A DNA stretch of 64,000 bases from Nitrospirota bacterium (GTDB lineage: Bacteria; Nitrospirota; UBA9217). The first letter of the stretch is position 1, and every line of letters starts with the position of its first letter. Below, one piece after another: positions 1 to 9,710 of this stretch. The notes below the pieces were generated by a model that was not told the DNA's origin, did no database searches, and saw nothing but the letters and a program-made list of their open reading frames with translations. The stretch is from assembly GCA_963840455.1 (NCBI GenBank), contig CAWIYV010000011.1:64001-128000 (forward strand), read 5' to 3'. A program made the position numbers and the translations under genes.

Positions 1-135
1 GGCCTTCTTCCCGGCCTCGCCCATTTCGCGCACGAACTCGAACTGCTGGTAGGCGAAGGCTGGAGCAGCGAGGGAGAAGTTGAAGAGGACAAGAAACGAG
101 ATTGCACAGCCTATACGGGAGCGGTCAATAACCAT
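1..135 (-). CDS. Secreted protein, N-terminal fragment running off the window edge (possibly NHL/beta-propeller)
   Basis: ATG at 135 with GGAGG RBS; MVIDRSRIGCAISFLVLFNFSLAAPAFA-YQQFEFVREMG reads as a Sec signal peptide with AFA cleavage site. Confidence 0.6.
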   Translation of the reverse strand, partial: MVIDRSRIGCAISFLVLFNFSLAAPAFAYQQFEFVREMGEAGKKA

Positions 136-380
136 GGAACCCTCCAGGCATGATCGGCGTTGTTCGGCATGGCAGACCTCTGAACCGGCGCTTATCGGAT
201 GATCCTATTTGCGGATGAAGGAAGCAGCGAACGGCCTACGGTCCTATCATGGTGACTTCTACGGCTATAGTATAGCACAATGCAGTCGTAAAACAAAATA
301 GAAAAGTTATACCCAATAATTATTGCTATACCGTCGGAATCCCCTTGTTCGCGTCCGTACGGACTGATCCGGTTATTCAT

Positions 381-409
381 TTGACATTCAGTCCTTAATT
401 AGGTATTTT
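381..409 (+). promoter_or_regulatory. sigma70-type promoter for the gene at 433
   Basis: TTGACA-17 nt-TATTTT. Confidence 0.55.
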
Positions 410-432
410 TTAGTGGATTATTCATTTACCTC

Positions 433-2335
433 ATGAAAACAAACCTTCCCATATGTATGCTCGCTGCGCTCAGTCCCCTGCTCCTTTTATTCACGTCAAA
501 TACGGCTTCAGCAACAATAACGCGCGTCGTTGTCACGACCAGCGCCCAATGTCCCGCCGACACGGTCACGACGCCGTGCTATACCAATCTGCAGACCGCC
601 ATGGATAATACTGAGGACGGCGATACCATTCTGGTCAAACCGGGCACCTACGTGGGGAATTTTTCCTTGAACAACAGGAGTGTCACGCTTGCCGGTCTCG
701 AAACTGCGAGCACATTTCTCTCCGGCGGCGGAGCGGGTACGGTCCTGACTATCAACGCTTCCACGACCTTAGCCACGACCGTCAGGAATCTAACCTTCAT
801 TAATGCCGCGGCGGGATTCGTAGTCCGGAACTCCACATCGGCGGTCAATATCGCGAACAACATCTTTGAGGTCGGGACCGGCAGCACGGCAGTCCAAACT
901 CAGGCATCTCAAGCGACAACGATCCAGAACAACATGTTCTATCTGAATGGGAATGGCATAATATCCGATACGAACACCCTCAGCATCATCAACAACGTCT
1001 TCATCCAGGACAGCAATGGCCTTGCGATCAGACCAACCACCATAAGCCTCGCATCCATCCAGAACAACCTTTTTAATGGCGGCACGATCGGCATTCCGAA
1101 CATCGTCTTGAACTCCACGGACCTGACCAACCCGGACAATAAACTGAATCTGGCGAATGTCGATCCCCTGTTCGTCAATCCCGACAATACGGACATCACC
1201 CAGAGGGATTTTCATTTGAAGAGCGGCAGTCCCTGTCAGGATGCGGGTAATGCGCTAGCCGGGGTAGACAGCGTTGATAGTACCAAACCGGACATCGGCG
1301 TCTATGGTGGTCAGTCTTCCGACACGATCCCAAAATCCATCACGGTCCTTTCCTCTGCCGCGACTGCATCTGCCCCCTTCGACATCACCCTCACCTGGTC
1401 GGCCAATCCGGCTTATACGGTCAAGGGCTACAAGGTCTACTACGGTTACCAGCCGGGTACGTACAACGGGAATGACGCCCTGTCAACGAGCGGAACAGGG
1501 ACCGTAAACTCGCCGATCGATGCAATGAACGTGACCATCTTCACGCTCAATGGTCTCAGCCCGTCGTCGGTCGTACCGGCCACTCCGACGCTGTTCACGC
1601 CCGGTGAACGCAATCAGAGCCTGTCCCTCTCGTGGTCTCCGGTCGCCAATGCCACAAGTTACACTGTCTATTCCGGCATTACGTCAACGTCGGAGATCGT
1701 CATACCGGGCATCACCACCCCGGGATACACCCTCACAGGGCTGACGAACGGCCAGTTGTATATGGTCCAGGTCTCCGCGAGTCTTCCAGGCAAAGTACTA
1801 CCTTGCCGTCACGGCCTACGATGTCAATGGTCAATCCGGCGGAGTCCCTGGTAGTTCCCATGAAAGCGCCTATTCATCCCCCGAAGAGGCCGTGCCGGTA
1901 GGCCCGGTGAGCGAAAGCGGCCTTTCGAACGTCATGACCGGCATACCACAGATGATCAATCCTTACCCCAACCTTCCGAACAACGGATGCTTCATCGCCA
2001 CGGCGGCGTACGGATCGCCGAACAATCGCGCCGTGATGGTGCTCCGGGAGTTCCGTGACCGCCATCTCGTAACGAATGCGCCGGGCAGGGCCTTCGTCAG
2101 GTGGTACTACGCGAATTCACCCGCTGCGGCACGGTTCATCAACGACCATCCTGCGCTGAGGCCAATCGCACGGATCGTCCTTGCCCCTGCTGTTGCCATT
2201 GCCCTGTTGCTTACCCGCACATCCCCGGCTGCACAGGCGGCAGTCCTGGTCATGCTGACCGCTCTCGCGTCCGTCCTATTCCGCAGGCATCGAACGCAGC
2301 GATCCCGCGCGCTTATAAAGGAAACCTCCGAATAG
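433..2335 (+). CDS. Secreted beta-helix + FN3 + CFI-box-CTERM surface protein, split by a +1 frameshift near 1780 (ORFs 433-1854 and 1892-2335)
   Basis: Signal peptide; parallel beta-helix repeats; [14 protein letters not shown] motif; FN3 strands; removing one base at 1780 restores [17 protein letters not shown]...HESAYS and reads through to [11 protein letters not shown]...LREFRD...WYY, a TM helix and a basic tail. Confidence 0.8.
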
Positions 2336-2337
2336 CC

Positions 2338-2988
2338 ATGCGAAACACCTTTTTCCTCACCATCCTTATCCTGGCGCTCCCCGCAGCTGCACTTGCCGCG
2401 TCACCATCCGTCGACCGGCCGCACTGGTCCCTTGAGGTTAAGGGCGGGTACTTCTATCCGGACATCGATAACTGGAAGAACTACTATGGTGACGACAAGA
2501 CCTGGCACTACGCGGGATCACTGGCCTACAAACTGGTCAGGCAGGTGGATGTCGGGGTCGAGGCGGGATACATCAAGGACCGTGGCCAGGGGAAAGGTGC
2601 TATCAGCGGTGTGATCGCCGGGAACGTGACCTACGAGCTTGCGCCGCTCAATGTGTTCGTCCTGTTCCGAGGAAAGTTCAGCGAGACACAATGGCTCGTC
2701 CCCTACGCAGGCGGCGGGTGGACGAGGATGTTCTATAAGGAGAAGATCGAGGCCCAGAGCACGGTGAGAGGTCATGCCGACGGATACCACGGCCGTGCGG
2801 GACTGCAGTTCCTCCTTGACGATGCCGACGGCACCGCCTCCCGGAACCTATACACCGATTACAGCATATACCATACGTACTTCTTCCTCGAAACCCAGTA
2901 CAGCCGCGTGATGATAAACGACCTCACCGGCACATCCGTCAACCTCGGAGGGACCAGCTACCTCGTGGGTCTTCTGTTCGAGTTCTAG
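2338..2988 (+). CDS. Outer-membrane beta-barrel protein (resembles MXAN_2562 family)
   Basis: ATG 2 nt after the upstream stop; signal peptide MRNTFFLTILILALPAAALA; alternating aromatic beta-strands; C-terminal FEF. Confidence 0.8.
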   Translation: MRNTFFLTILILALPAAALAASPSVDRPHWSLEVKGGYFYPDIDNWKNYYGDDKTWHYAGSLAYKLVRQVDVGVEAGYIKDRGQGKGAISGVIAGNVTYELAPLNVFVLFRGKFSETQWLVPYAGGGWTRMFYKEKIEAQSTVRGHADGYHGRAGLQFLLDDADGTASRNLYTDYSIYHTYFFLETQYSRVMINDLTGTSVNLGGTSYLVGLLFEF

Positions 2989-3047
2989 GAACACTGCGGA
3001 TACGTCAAAGATACGGCAGCAAGTAAATCACCAACGAAGAACACCTT

Positions 3048-3240
3048 ATGAGATTAATCCTTTTTCCCGTTGGGTTGCTCTTATTTCCTTGCCCTCCCTG
3101 TTGACCCTCAGGCTCAACAGGCATACTGCGTCAAGTGTCATGGAAAATTGGTACAAGGCAAGCACGTCCATGGTGTCATGGAATCTCCCACCGGATGCAT
3201 TGTCGGCCATCTTCGCGTATCAGCTCATCCTATTGGATGC
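3048..3240 (+). pseudogene. Truncated multiheme cytochrome c remnant
   Basis: YCVKCH..KHVH..GCIVGH (second CxxCH decayed); leader in another frame; no continuation. Confidence 0.5.
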
Positions 3241-3309
3241 TCAAATAATAAAAGCCGCGAAATGATCCCTTCACGGCTTATGCTTTTCCGTTGAACCGTC
3301 CGGTGTGGG

Positions 3310-3978
3310 TTACCCGACCACCTGCCCGTCACGGATCTCGATGGTCCTTCCCGCCCGCTTCGCATTGTCCTTGTTGTGCGTCACCATCACGATGGTATGG
3401 CCTTCCCTGTGCAGGTCCTGCAGCATGTCGAGGACATGGTCGCCGGTCCTGGTATCGAGGTTGCCCGTGGGTTCGTCGGCGAGGATCACCGGGGGCTTGT
3501 TCACGATGGCCCGGGCGATGGCGACCCGCTCCTGCTCGCCGCCCGAGAGCTGGGACGGCAGACGGTGCGCCTTGGCGTCGAGCCCCACCTTCCGGAGCGC
3601 TTCCTGCGCTGCGTCCTTCGCCGTTCCGTTCATCCCCGGCTGCACCGTGAGCGGCAGCATGACATTCTCGACAGCAGTGAGGTACGGGATCAGGTAGAAG
3701 GATTGGAACACGAAGCCCAGGTACTCTCGCCGGAAGTCCGAGAGCTTGTTCGGACCCAGAGCGCCCAGGTCGATCCCATCCACTGAGACGACGCCTGAAG
3801 TCGGATGGCTCAGGCCCCCCACGAGGGACAGGAGCGTGCTCTTCCCGGAGCCCGACGGCCCCATGACGGCGACGAACTCGCCGCTCTCAATGCCGAGCGA
3901 TACGCCCCGAACAGCAGGATACTCTTCCTCGCCGGCATGGAATGCCTTGGTCACGTTCTGGAGATCTATGAATGCCAT
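3310..3978 (-). CDS. ABC transporter ATP-binding protein (LolD/MacB type)
   Basis: [28 protein letters not shown]. Confidence 0.95.
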   Translation of the reverse strand: MAFIDLQNVTKAFHAGEEEYPAVRGVSLGIESGEFVAVMGPSGSGKSTLLSLVGGLSHPTSGVVSVDGIDLGALGPNKLSDFRREYLGFVFQSFYLIPYLTAVENVMLPLTVQPGMNGTAKDAAQEALRKVGLDAKAHRLPSQLSGGEQERVAIARAIVNKPPVILADEPTGNLDTRTGDHVLDMLQDLHREGHTIVMVTHNKDNAKRAGRTIEIRDGQVVG

Positions 3979-4013
3979 GTCTTCTCCTACTTCTTAAATA
4001 CGTTAGTCCGTGC

Positions 4014-4133
4014 TTTCACCGCAGAGCACGCGGAGAACGCAGAGAACTTCAAATATTCCTTGCTTCAAACTAATACATCAAAGACTCTACCTTCCTGTTT
4101 TCCTCAGCGACCTCTGCGATCTCTGCGGTAAAA
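4014..4133. repeat. REP-like inverted repeat with 9-bp periodic arms
   Basis: Left arm tttcaccgcagagcacgcggagaacgcagag; right arm ctcagcgacctctgcgatctctgcggtaaaa; near-identical arm at 62751-62782. Confidence 0.75.
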
Positions 4134-4139
4134 AGTTGT

Positions 4140-5303
4140 TTACAATGTTCTTAAGGCCTCGATCGGGTCCAGCCGTCCGGCGCGCACCGCCGGATAGATG
4201 CTTGCCGCGAGCCCCACGATGACCGATGCGATGACCGCGCCCACGGCCATGGCCGGGTCAAAGACGAACTTCAGGTTATAGGCGCTCATGAGGTACGGCG
4301 CGATGAGACGCGGACTGAGCGTGCCGACCGCGTACCCCGATATCCCGGCAAGCAGGCTCACAAAGAACGCCTCGATCAGCAGCACCTGGATGATGTGGCC
4401 GGTCCGGAAGCCGATGGCCCGAAACAAGCCGATCTCCTGCACCCGCTCCTTCACCGACGCCGTCATGGCAAAGAAGATGATCATGCCCGCCACGATCAGC
4501 AGCAGCAGGGAGATGCCGAGCGAGAAGCGATGGAAGTAGTGCATTGCCTGCATCTTGAGCTCCACTGTCTCCTTCACCGCCACGGCCCGCGCCCCGGGGA
4601 GCACGCTGTTCACCTGCGCGACCATGTCCTCGATGGGGCACCCGCTGCAGAGGGCCGCAAGCTCGATGAGGCTGACCGCGTTCCCCTTCTTGAACTGCGC
4701 CTGGACCGTCTTCAGGTCGGCAAAGATCAGCGCATCGTCCTGGGACCCGGTGTTATCCAGCACGCCGGACACGCGGAACGTCCCTCCTCCGAGGATCACC
4801 GTGTCTCCGGGCGCAAGGCCCAGTTTCGCGGCAGCGTCCTTCCCGGCGAGCACCCCGGAAGGGCCGTCGGGCTTCATGCCCGCAGCAACGCGCCACCACT
4901 TCTTCAGTTTGAACTCCGCAGGCAGCTCCGCGCCCGCCACCATCACCTTGGTCCCCTTCACCTCGGTGACGACCAGGAGCTTCGGCGCCACGGTGCTGAT
5001 GTTCTCGTGGTTCTTGATGGTCTTGATCTTCCGGGCGTCCTCCAGGGTCAGCGACCGGCCGCCGGTGTTGATGGCCGAAACGGTCATCCCGCCGTAGGAC
5101 AGCGGCAGGTCCTCCGTGGCCGGGAGCACCAGGATGTTCGCGCCGAACTCGTCGAGCGTGTGCATCACCTCGCGGTTCATGGCGTCACCCACCGAAGTGA
5201 GTGCGACGGCGGCGGCGATCCCCAGGGCCAGGCCCGAGACCAGGAAGAAGGTCCGCCCCTTCTTCCGGCGCAGATTGTTGACGGCGATATCGATGAGTTT
5301 CAT
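4140..5303 (-). CDS. ABC transporter permease (MacB/FtsX family) with periplasmic CxxC
   Basis: Four-TM FtsX pattern, ERVQEIGLFRAIG, DPIEALR; ALCSGCP motif; start at MKLIDIA. Confidence 0.9.
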   Translation of the reverse strand: MKLIDIAVNNLRRKKGRTFFLVSGLALGIAAAVALTSVGDAMNREVMHTLDEFGANILVLPATEDLPLSYGGMTVSAINTGGRSLTLEDARKIKTIKNHENISTVAPKLLVVTEVKGTKVMVAGAELPAEFKLKKWWRVAAGMKPDGPSGVLAGKDAAAKLGLAPGDTVILGGGTFRVSGVLDNTGSQDDALIFADLKTVQAQFKKGNAVSLIELAALCSGCPIEDMVAQVNSVLPGARAVAVKETVELKMQAMHYFHRFSLGISLLLLIVAGMIIFFAMTASVKERVQEIGLFRAIGFRTGHIIQVLLIEAFFVSLLAGISGYAVGTLSPRLIAPYLMSAYNLKFVFDPAMAVGAVIASVIVGLAASIYPAVRAGRLDPIEALRTL

Positions 5304-5346
5304 GTTCTCTTCCTTGCTTGCCGGCTTGTCAGCTTGCAAGCTGTCG

Positions 5347-5970
5347 TTAGAAGTACTTCGCGCCCTCTTCCAGGTCCTTCGCCTTCACGACCAGCGTCTT
5401 CCCGTCCTGGCTGTTCTTGAGCGGGATCGGGCTGCAGCCGCCGGTGATGTGACCCACATCGGTGGACTTGAAGCTCATGCCGCAGTTATTGCAAACCATG
5501 GTCTCGCCGTTCTGCCGGTAGCCAAGCTTGGCATGGTAGCAGCTCGTGCAGGAGTCCAGCGCCACCCGGACCGTCCCGTCGGACGCCCTGAGCGCGAAGA
5601 ACTTGATGTCAATGCCATTTGCGTTGTATACGAAATAGCTCGCCTCGCTCCCCTTGAGCGCGTCCAGGGGAACTTTCACATCGCCGTTCTCGGCCTTAAG
5701 CGCGGTGTACTGCACATTCCTGTTGCCTTCCCGCGACGCCTGACCCGACATAGGCCGGTCCATGGACCGCGCCCGTGAGGTATTGCTGTAGACCAGCCAT
5801 CCCGCCACGACGAGCGTGATCGCGGCGCCGATGATGATGGACGTCTTCGGGCTCTTCCTTTCGCCGGCGAGGACCCTCGCCTTTTTCTCATCATGCATAC
5901 CGGCACCGCAGGCCTTGCAGAACCTCGCTTCACCCTTCAATTCCACGCCACACTTCGTGCAAACCGCCAT
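5347..5970 (-). CDS. Zinc-ribbon + DUF2318-like membrane protein
   Basis: CTKCG..FCKACG, one TM, then DSCTSCY..MVCNNCG..GGCSPIP. Confidence 0.8.
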   Translation of the reverse strand: MAVCTKCGVELKGEARFCKACGAGMHDEKKARVLAGERKSPKTSIIIGAAITLVVAGWLVYSNTSRARSMDRPMSGQASREGNRNVQYTALKAENGDVKVPLDALKGSEASYFVYNANGIDIKFFALRASDGTVRVALDSCTSCYHAKLGYRQNGETMVCNNCGMSFKSTDVGHITGGCSPIPLKNSQDGKTLVVKAKDLEEGAKYF

Positions 5971-6152
5971 GACTGCCTCCTTGTATTCACAAAAACAAAG
6001 TAAAAATATTTTCAACAATGTGGAAAAAATTCAACGCTGATGAAGATCGGAAAAAATATGACATCGCTGTTACATCTCTCAGGTCTTACGGCGTAAATCA
6101 TAAGTCTTCATATCTTATCCGCGTTCAATTCCACTTCTCTGGATCTGTCTTG

Positions 6153-7088
6153 CTACATCTCCGTGATCGTTCCATTCTGGTATCGGAGCGATTTTGCGAT
6201 CCTGTTGTTCGACATGATATCCACCTGGATGTGGCAGCCGAAATCGGTCACCTTTGTCTCCACGGGCCCGTTGCCATTCTGCTTGCGCCAGTAAGCGAGC
6301 GCAGCGTCGCGCGCCACGGACCCCTGGCCAGACACCTGCTTGCCGCCTGCCTGGGGAGCACATCCCCGCTTCGATGCACCCTTCGCCGGATCACAGCCCT
6401 GTTTCGCGGCGCCCGGTCCGCCTCCGCCGCAGCAGCCGCAGCCCGATGCCGGAAGTTGTTCCGCCAGGGACACCCTCACCGCTGCCCTCGCCGTCGAATC
6501 CTGCAGCCACTGGTTCAGCCGCATATTGGCATCGGCAGGGCCAGAGGCCCCGGCCGTGACCTTCTCGTCAATGAACTTCCGTATGGCAAGGCGCCGCTCC
6601 AGCCCCTTTCGGAATGCGCCCATGCTCCCGTACTGCTCGTTGATTCTGGCCGCAAAGTCATTCTCGTTAAGACCCGAAGCGGCCCGCATGTCCTGGACCG
6701 CGGCCTGCACCTCCTCGCTCGACACCTGCACTCCCGCCTTCCTGGCCTCCTGCAACGCGATCCGCTCGGTGATGAGCTCAGAAAGCGCCGCATATCGCAT
6801 CCGTCCGAGCGTCTCGGCCGGTACACCGGCGCTGTTCCCGTCAGGCCGGACAAGATCGTCCAGTTCGGCCAGCATGATCTCTTCGCCGTTCACCACGGCA
6901 GCCACGCCACTCGGCAGGATGAACTTGTAATACCCGGCGCCTGCCACAACAAGAATGACCGGAAGGAGCAGCAGCGCGTAGAGGTAGGTCCGACGCTTCC
7001 TCCGGGGGACCGCCATCAAGGTGCTGCCGCAGTTCGCGCAGAAGGCGGCGTCGTTGTCGTTCATGGTATTGCACTTCCCGCAGTTCAT
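6153..7088 (-). CDS. Zinc-ribbon + SurA N-terminal-like protein with Cys-rich C-terminus
   Basis: CGKC..FCANCG, TM, AAVVNGEEI..LSELITERIALQEARKAGVQVS; tail SGCGCC..DFGCHIQ. Confidence 0.75.
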   Translation of the reverse strand: MNCGKCNTMNDNDAAFCANCGSTLMAVPRRKRRTYLYALLLLPVILVVAGAGYYKFILPSGVAAVVNGEEIMLAELDDLVRPDGNSAGVPAETLGRMRYAALSELITERIALQEARKAGVQVSSEEVQAAVQDMRAASGLNENDFAARINEQYGSMGAFRKGLERRLAIRKFIDEKVTAGASGPADANMRLNQWLQDSTARAAVRVSLAEQLPASGCGCCGGGGPGAAKQGCDPAKGASKRGCAPQAGGKQVSGQGSVARDAALAYWRKQNGNGPVETKVTDFGCHIQVDIMSNNRIAKSLRYQNGTITEM

Positions 7089-7101
7089 GCTTGATACCTC
7101 C

Positions 7102-7152
7102 TTGAATCCAAGTGCGAGCGCATTCCCCCGCAGCTTGCTGGGGGAGTTTCAA
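7102..7152. mobile_element. Internally deleted copy of the MITE-like palindromic element
   Basis: ttgaatcc..gcgagcgcattcccccgcagcttgctgggggagtttcaa matches both ends of the 54222-54337 copy. Confidence 0.7.
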
Positions 7153-7174
7153 TGTCAATGTCGGATAAAGATAA

Positions 7175-7190
7175 AGCAAAACCATTGCCA
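7175..7190 (-). promoter_or_regulatory. sigma54 -24/-12 promoter of the SurA-DUF2318-ABC operon
   Basis: Minus strand TGGCAATGGTTTTGCT; IHF-like AATCAACAAGATA near 7208-7220. Confidence 0.7.
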
Positions 7191-7357
7191 TCAGACGGAC
7201 TCTGAAAAATCAACAAGATAGCTGCTTAGGTGTGCTGATTCAATGCCGCGGGTGTGGGATTTGATACAGTGAGTTGATGAGAACGTACAGTATTGATGGA
7301 TTTCTGCGGCGGGGGGAACGCGCTCACCTGCAATATCTTAGGGAAGGAGAAAGGGAG

Positions 7358-7390
7358 AAAAAGGCCGGACAAAAAAATGTCCGGCCTTTC
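7358..7390 (-). terminator. Intrinsic terminator after tusA
   Basis: aaaggccggaca-loop-tgtccggccttt hairpin with A/T tracts. Confidence 0.75.
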
Positions 7391-7444
7391 AGAATAGATC
7401 TGCTCCGCATCCGGTCTGAACCGGTGGGACGATACGCACAGGTC

Positions 7445-7693
7445 TTACGGCTTCTTGATGAAGAGCTCCCACATCCCCTTGTCCTCGATCTTTACAGACT
7501 CAAAGGTAAAGCCGCTCTTCTCGCAGTAGCGAGGGATGCTGTCCTCGGCAGATGCCGGGGCATCGCACAGGACCTTCAGGATCTGGCCGCTGCTAAGTTT
7601 CTCGACCGCTTTCTTGGTCAACAGAAGCGGGTAGGGACATACCCTGCCCAGGGTGTCCAGAGTTTGTGCCGGCGTTTCGGTCTTCAGTGACAT
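7445..7693 (-). CDS. tusA: TusA-family sulfur carrier
   Basis: LDTLGRVCPYP (CPxP motif), 82 aa. Confidence 0.9.
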   Translation of the reverse strand: MSLKTETPAQTLDTLGRVCPYPLLLTKKAVEKLSSGQILKVLCDAPASAEDSIPRYCEKSGFTFESVKIEDKGMWELFIKKP

Positions 7694-8071
7694 TAGCGTT
7701 TCCTCCTCATACGAGTTTCAAATTCAGGCCGTTCGATCTGCCCGTTTGTTCAAGGTCGGAAATTCGATGCTCGCGGTCACAGCGGAAAAATATCCGCGAA
7801 TGACTTCGCGGGATCGATCCTCCGTATAAAGTATAGTACCTTAACAAAAACCTTAGGTCGTGTCAATACTCGTTTTCCTCCTATTAAAAAAACAAATACC
7901 GAAATACCGCAAGCACGGCTGAGCGCCTATTAAAAAGATTCATCGCTTCATAATGAGACTTTATAAGATACTAGACGGTCTCTTCTTGCATTTTATTTTT
8001 TTTTATATTATCGTTCACGCATCCACAACACTCCATTGCACTATGCAACAAAATTGCGGATTATAGAAGAC

Positions 8072-8141
8072 GATAACATTCTATACCCTGCAACTATGTG
8101 ATAGAAGCCCTAATCCCGTAGCTTGCTGCAGAGAGCTTCAA
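8072..8141. mobile_element. Degenerate half copy of the MITE-like element
   Basis: aacattctataccctg...tcccgtagcttgctgcagagagcttcaa resembles the right end of 54222-54337. Confidence 0.55.
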
Positions 8142-8251
8142 TGCCGATTCCTCAGGAACGGTACCCACGGCAATATTGGCTCTATTCTGTCAATAAATTA
8201 AAAAATTAAAACCGTTGAGCTTGCGGCAACATTGACCAAAGGAGGATACCA

Positions 8252-8524
8252 ATGGGTAAGAAGATCGCGGTACTGGTCCGGGACCGTCAAGGCGAGGCTT
8301 TGCGGATGTCGGTGGGCCTCACCCTGATGGACGACACCATCGACGTATATGTGCTGGACAGGAAGGTGGAGAAAAACGACGACAATGACCTGAACCTTGA
8401 GACCATCAAGGACATGGACATGAAGATCGCCACGAACACGAAAGAGAACGCTGGCATGGATTATATTTCCACCGAGGACCTGGCGAAAAAGCTCCTGGAA
8501 TACGACCACATCGTACCGTTCTAA
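8252..8524 (+). CDS. DsrE/F-like small protein (no Cys)
   Basis: KKIAVLVRD..EALRMSVGL..YDHIVPF pattern; GGAGG RBS. Confidence 0.7.
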   Translation: MGKKIAVLVRDRQGEALRMSVGLTLMDDTIDVYVLDRKVEKNDDNDLNLETIKDMDMKIATNTKENAGMDYISTEDLAKKLLEYDHIVPF

Positions 8525-8553
8525 GCCAATAAACCATAACGAGGTGATACCCG

Positions 8554-8721
8554 ATGAAAATTCTATACATACTCAAACAGGCGCCTGATGTCACGCTCAA
8601 GACGATCATGGACGTACACAAGAAGAGCAATGAGATCACGGTCGTGGATATCAGGGAGAACAAGGACTACGGCAAGATCGTCGACCTGATCTTCTCCCAT
8701 GACAAGGTCATCTCCTGGTAG
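8554..8721 (+). CDS. DsrH/TusB-like 55-aa protein (not in the ORF track)
   Basis: MKILYILKQAPD...KDYGKIVDLIFSHDKVISW; GAGGTG RBS; DsrH-like C-terminus. Confidence 0.75.
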   Translation: MKILYILKQAPDVTLKTIMDVHKKSNEITVVDIRENKDYGKIVDLIFSHDKVISW

Positions 8722-8800
8722 GCGGGCTGTCGACAACACCGGCAGGAACCGCGCGAACGGCAGCATTCTCCATGGATAACTTCGAGAGGAGGCAGCAATC

Positions 8801-9103
8801 ATGAAGCTCGGCATTTTCGTGAATACTGATAAGAACCTGGACGCCGTACAGGGTATAACCAAAGCGGCCCTGGCAAAAGGGCATGAGGTCATTCTCTTCA
8901 ACATGGATACTGGCACAAAACTGGTCAATAATCCCATTTACGCTGAATTGTCCAAAACAAAAGGGGTCTCCGTAAGTTTTTGCGATCACAGTGCAAAACA
9001 TCTGGGGGTCACCGGAGAGGGCCTTCCCAAGGAGATCGTCTCAGGAAGCCAGTACAACAATGCGGTGATGCAGCACGATGCGGACAAGGTGATCGTTCTG
9101 TAA
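8801..9103 (+). CDS. DsrE-family sulfurtransferase
   Basis: KGHEVILFNMDTG..SFCDHSA (conserved Cys)..ADKVIVL. Confidence 0.8.
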   Translation: MKLGIFVNTDKNLDAVQGITKAALAKGHEVILFNMDTGTKLVNNPIYAELSKTKGVSVSFCDHSAKHLGVTGEGLPKEIVSGSQYNNAVMQHDADKVIVL

Positions 9104-9176
9104 CGTCGAGCGACGGCGCACAGGCGGTCTGGCAACCCTGTCGAGGAAATAAAGAACATTCCGTACAAAGGGGGAA

Positions 9177-9674
9177 ATGACAATGAAGAAGGTACTGGTC
9201 ATGCTGTGGGTCGTGGTTATCGCGCTTTCCGTTGCCGTGCCGGGTGCTTCTGCGGCGGACGACCTGGCCGCTAAGATGAACGCAATCATGGCAAAAAGCA
9301 CGGAAGTAAGGTTCTGGCAGTTCTCGGCCGAAGAAGTAAACGCGATGATCAAGGAGAAAAAGACAGATTTTCTGGTAGTTGATACGCGTCCCAGGACGAC
9401 AGAATTCGCGGAAGGGCATATCCCGGGCGCCATCCATATCATGACGCAGGACATCTTCAAGCCCGAAAGCCTCAAGAAACTCCCGAAGAACAAAAAGATC
9501 ATTCTCTACTGCGCGACCGGACAGCTCCAGAACCTGCCGATCATTGGTCTGCGTATGCTCGGCTACGATACCTATACTCTGTGGGGCGGGTACGCCACAT
9601 GGGCGAAGGGCTCTACCGGCGGAGCGAAGATGCAGGATGCCGTCAAGGCTGCGAATTATCCGGTCGTAAAATAG
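9177..9674 (+). CDS. Exported rhodanese-domain protein
   Basis: Signal peptide ending ASA; VDTRP..EGHIPGA..LYCATG..LWGGY..W. Confidence 0.9.
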   Translation: MTMKKVLVMLWVVVIALSVAVPGASAADDLAAKMNAIMAKSTEVRFWQFSAEEVNAMIKEKKTDFLVVDTRPRTTEFAEGHIPGAIHIMTQDIFKPESLKKLPKNKKIILYCATGQLQNLPIIGLRMLGYDTYTLWGGYATWAKGSTGGAKMQDAVKAANYPVVK

Positions 9675-9681
9675 ATTGGCT

Positions 9682-9710
9682 CCCGGGAGGCATCTAAGAT
9701 GCTTCCCGGG
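9682..9710 (+). terminator. Hairpin after the rhodanese gene
   Basis: cccgggaggcatc-taa-gatgcttcccggg. Confidence 0.55.

Noticed and set aside
2101-2337. Longer N-terminus for the barrel ORF given in the track
   Set aside because: Overlaps the CFI-box coding region; the signal peptide starts at ATG 2338
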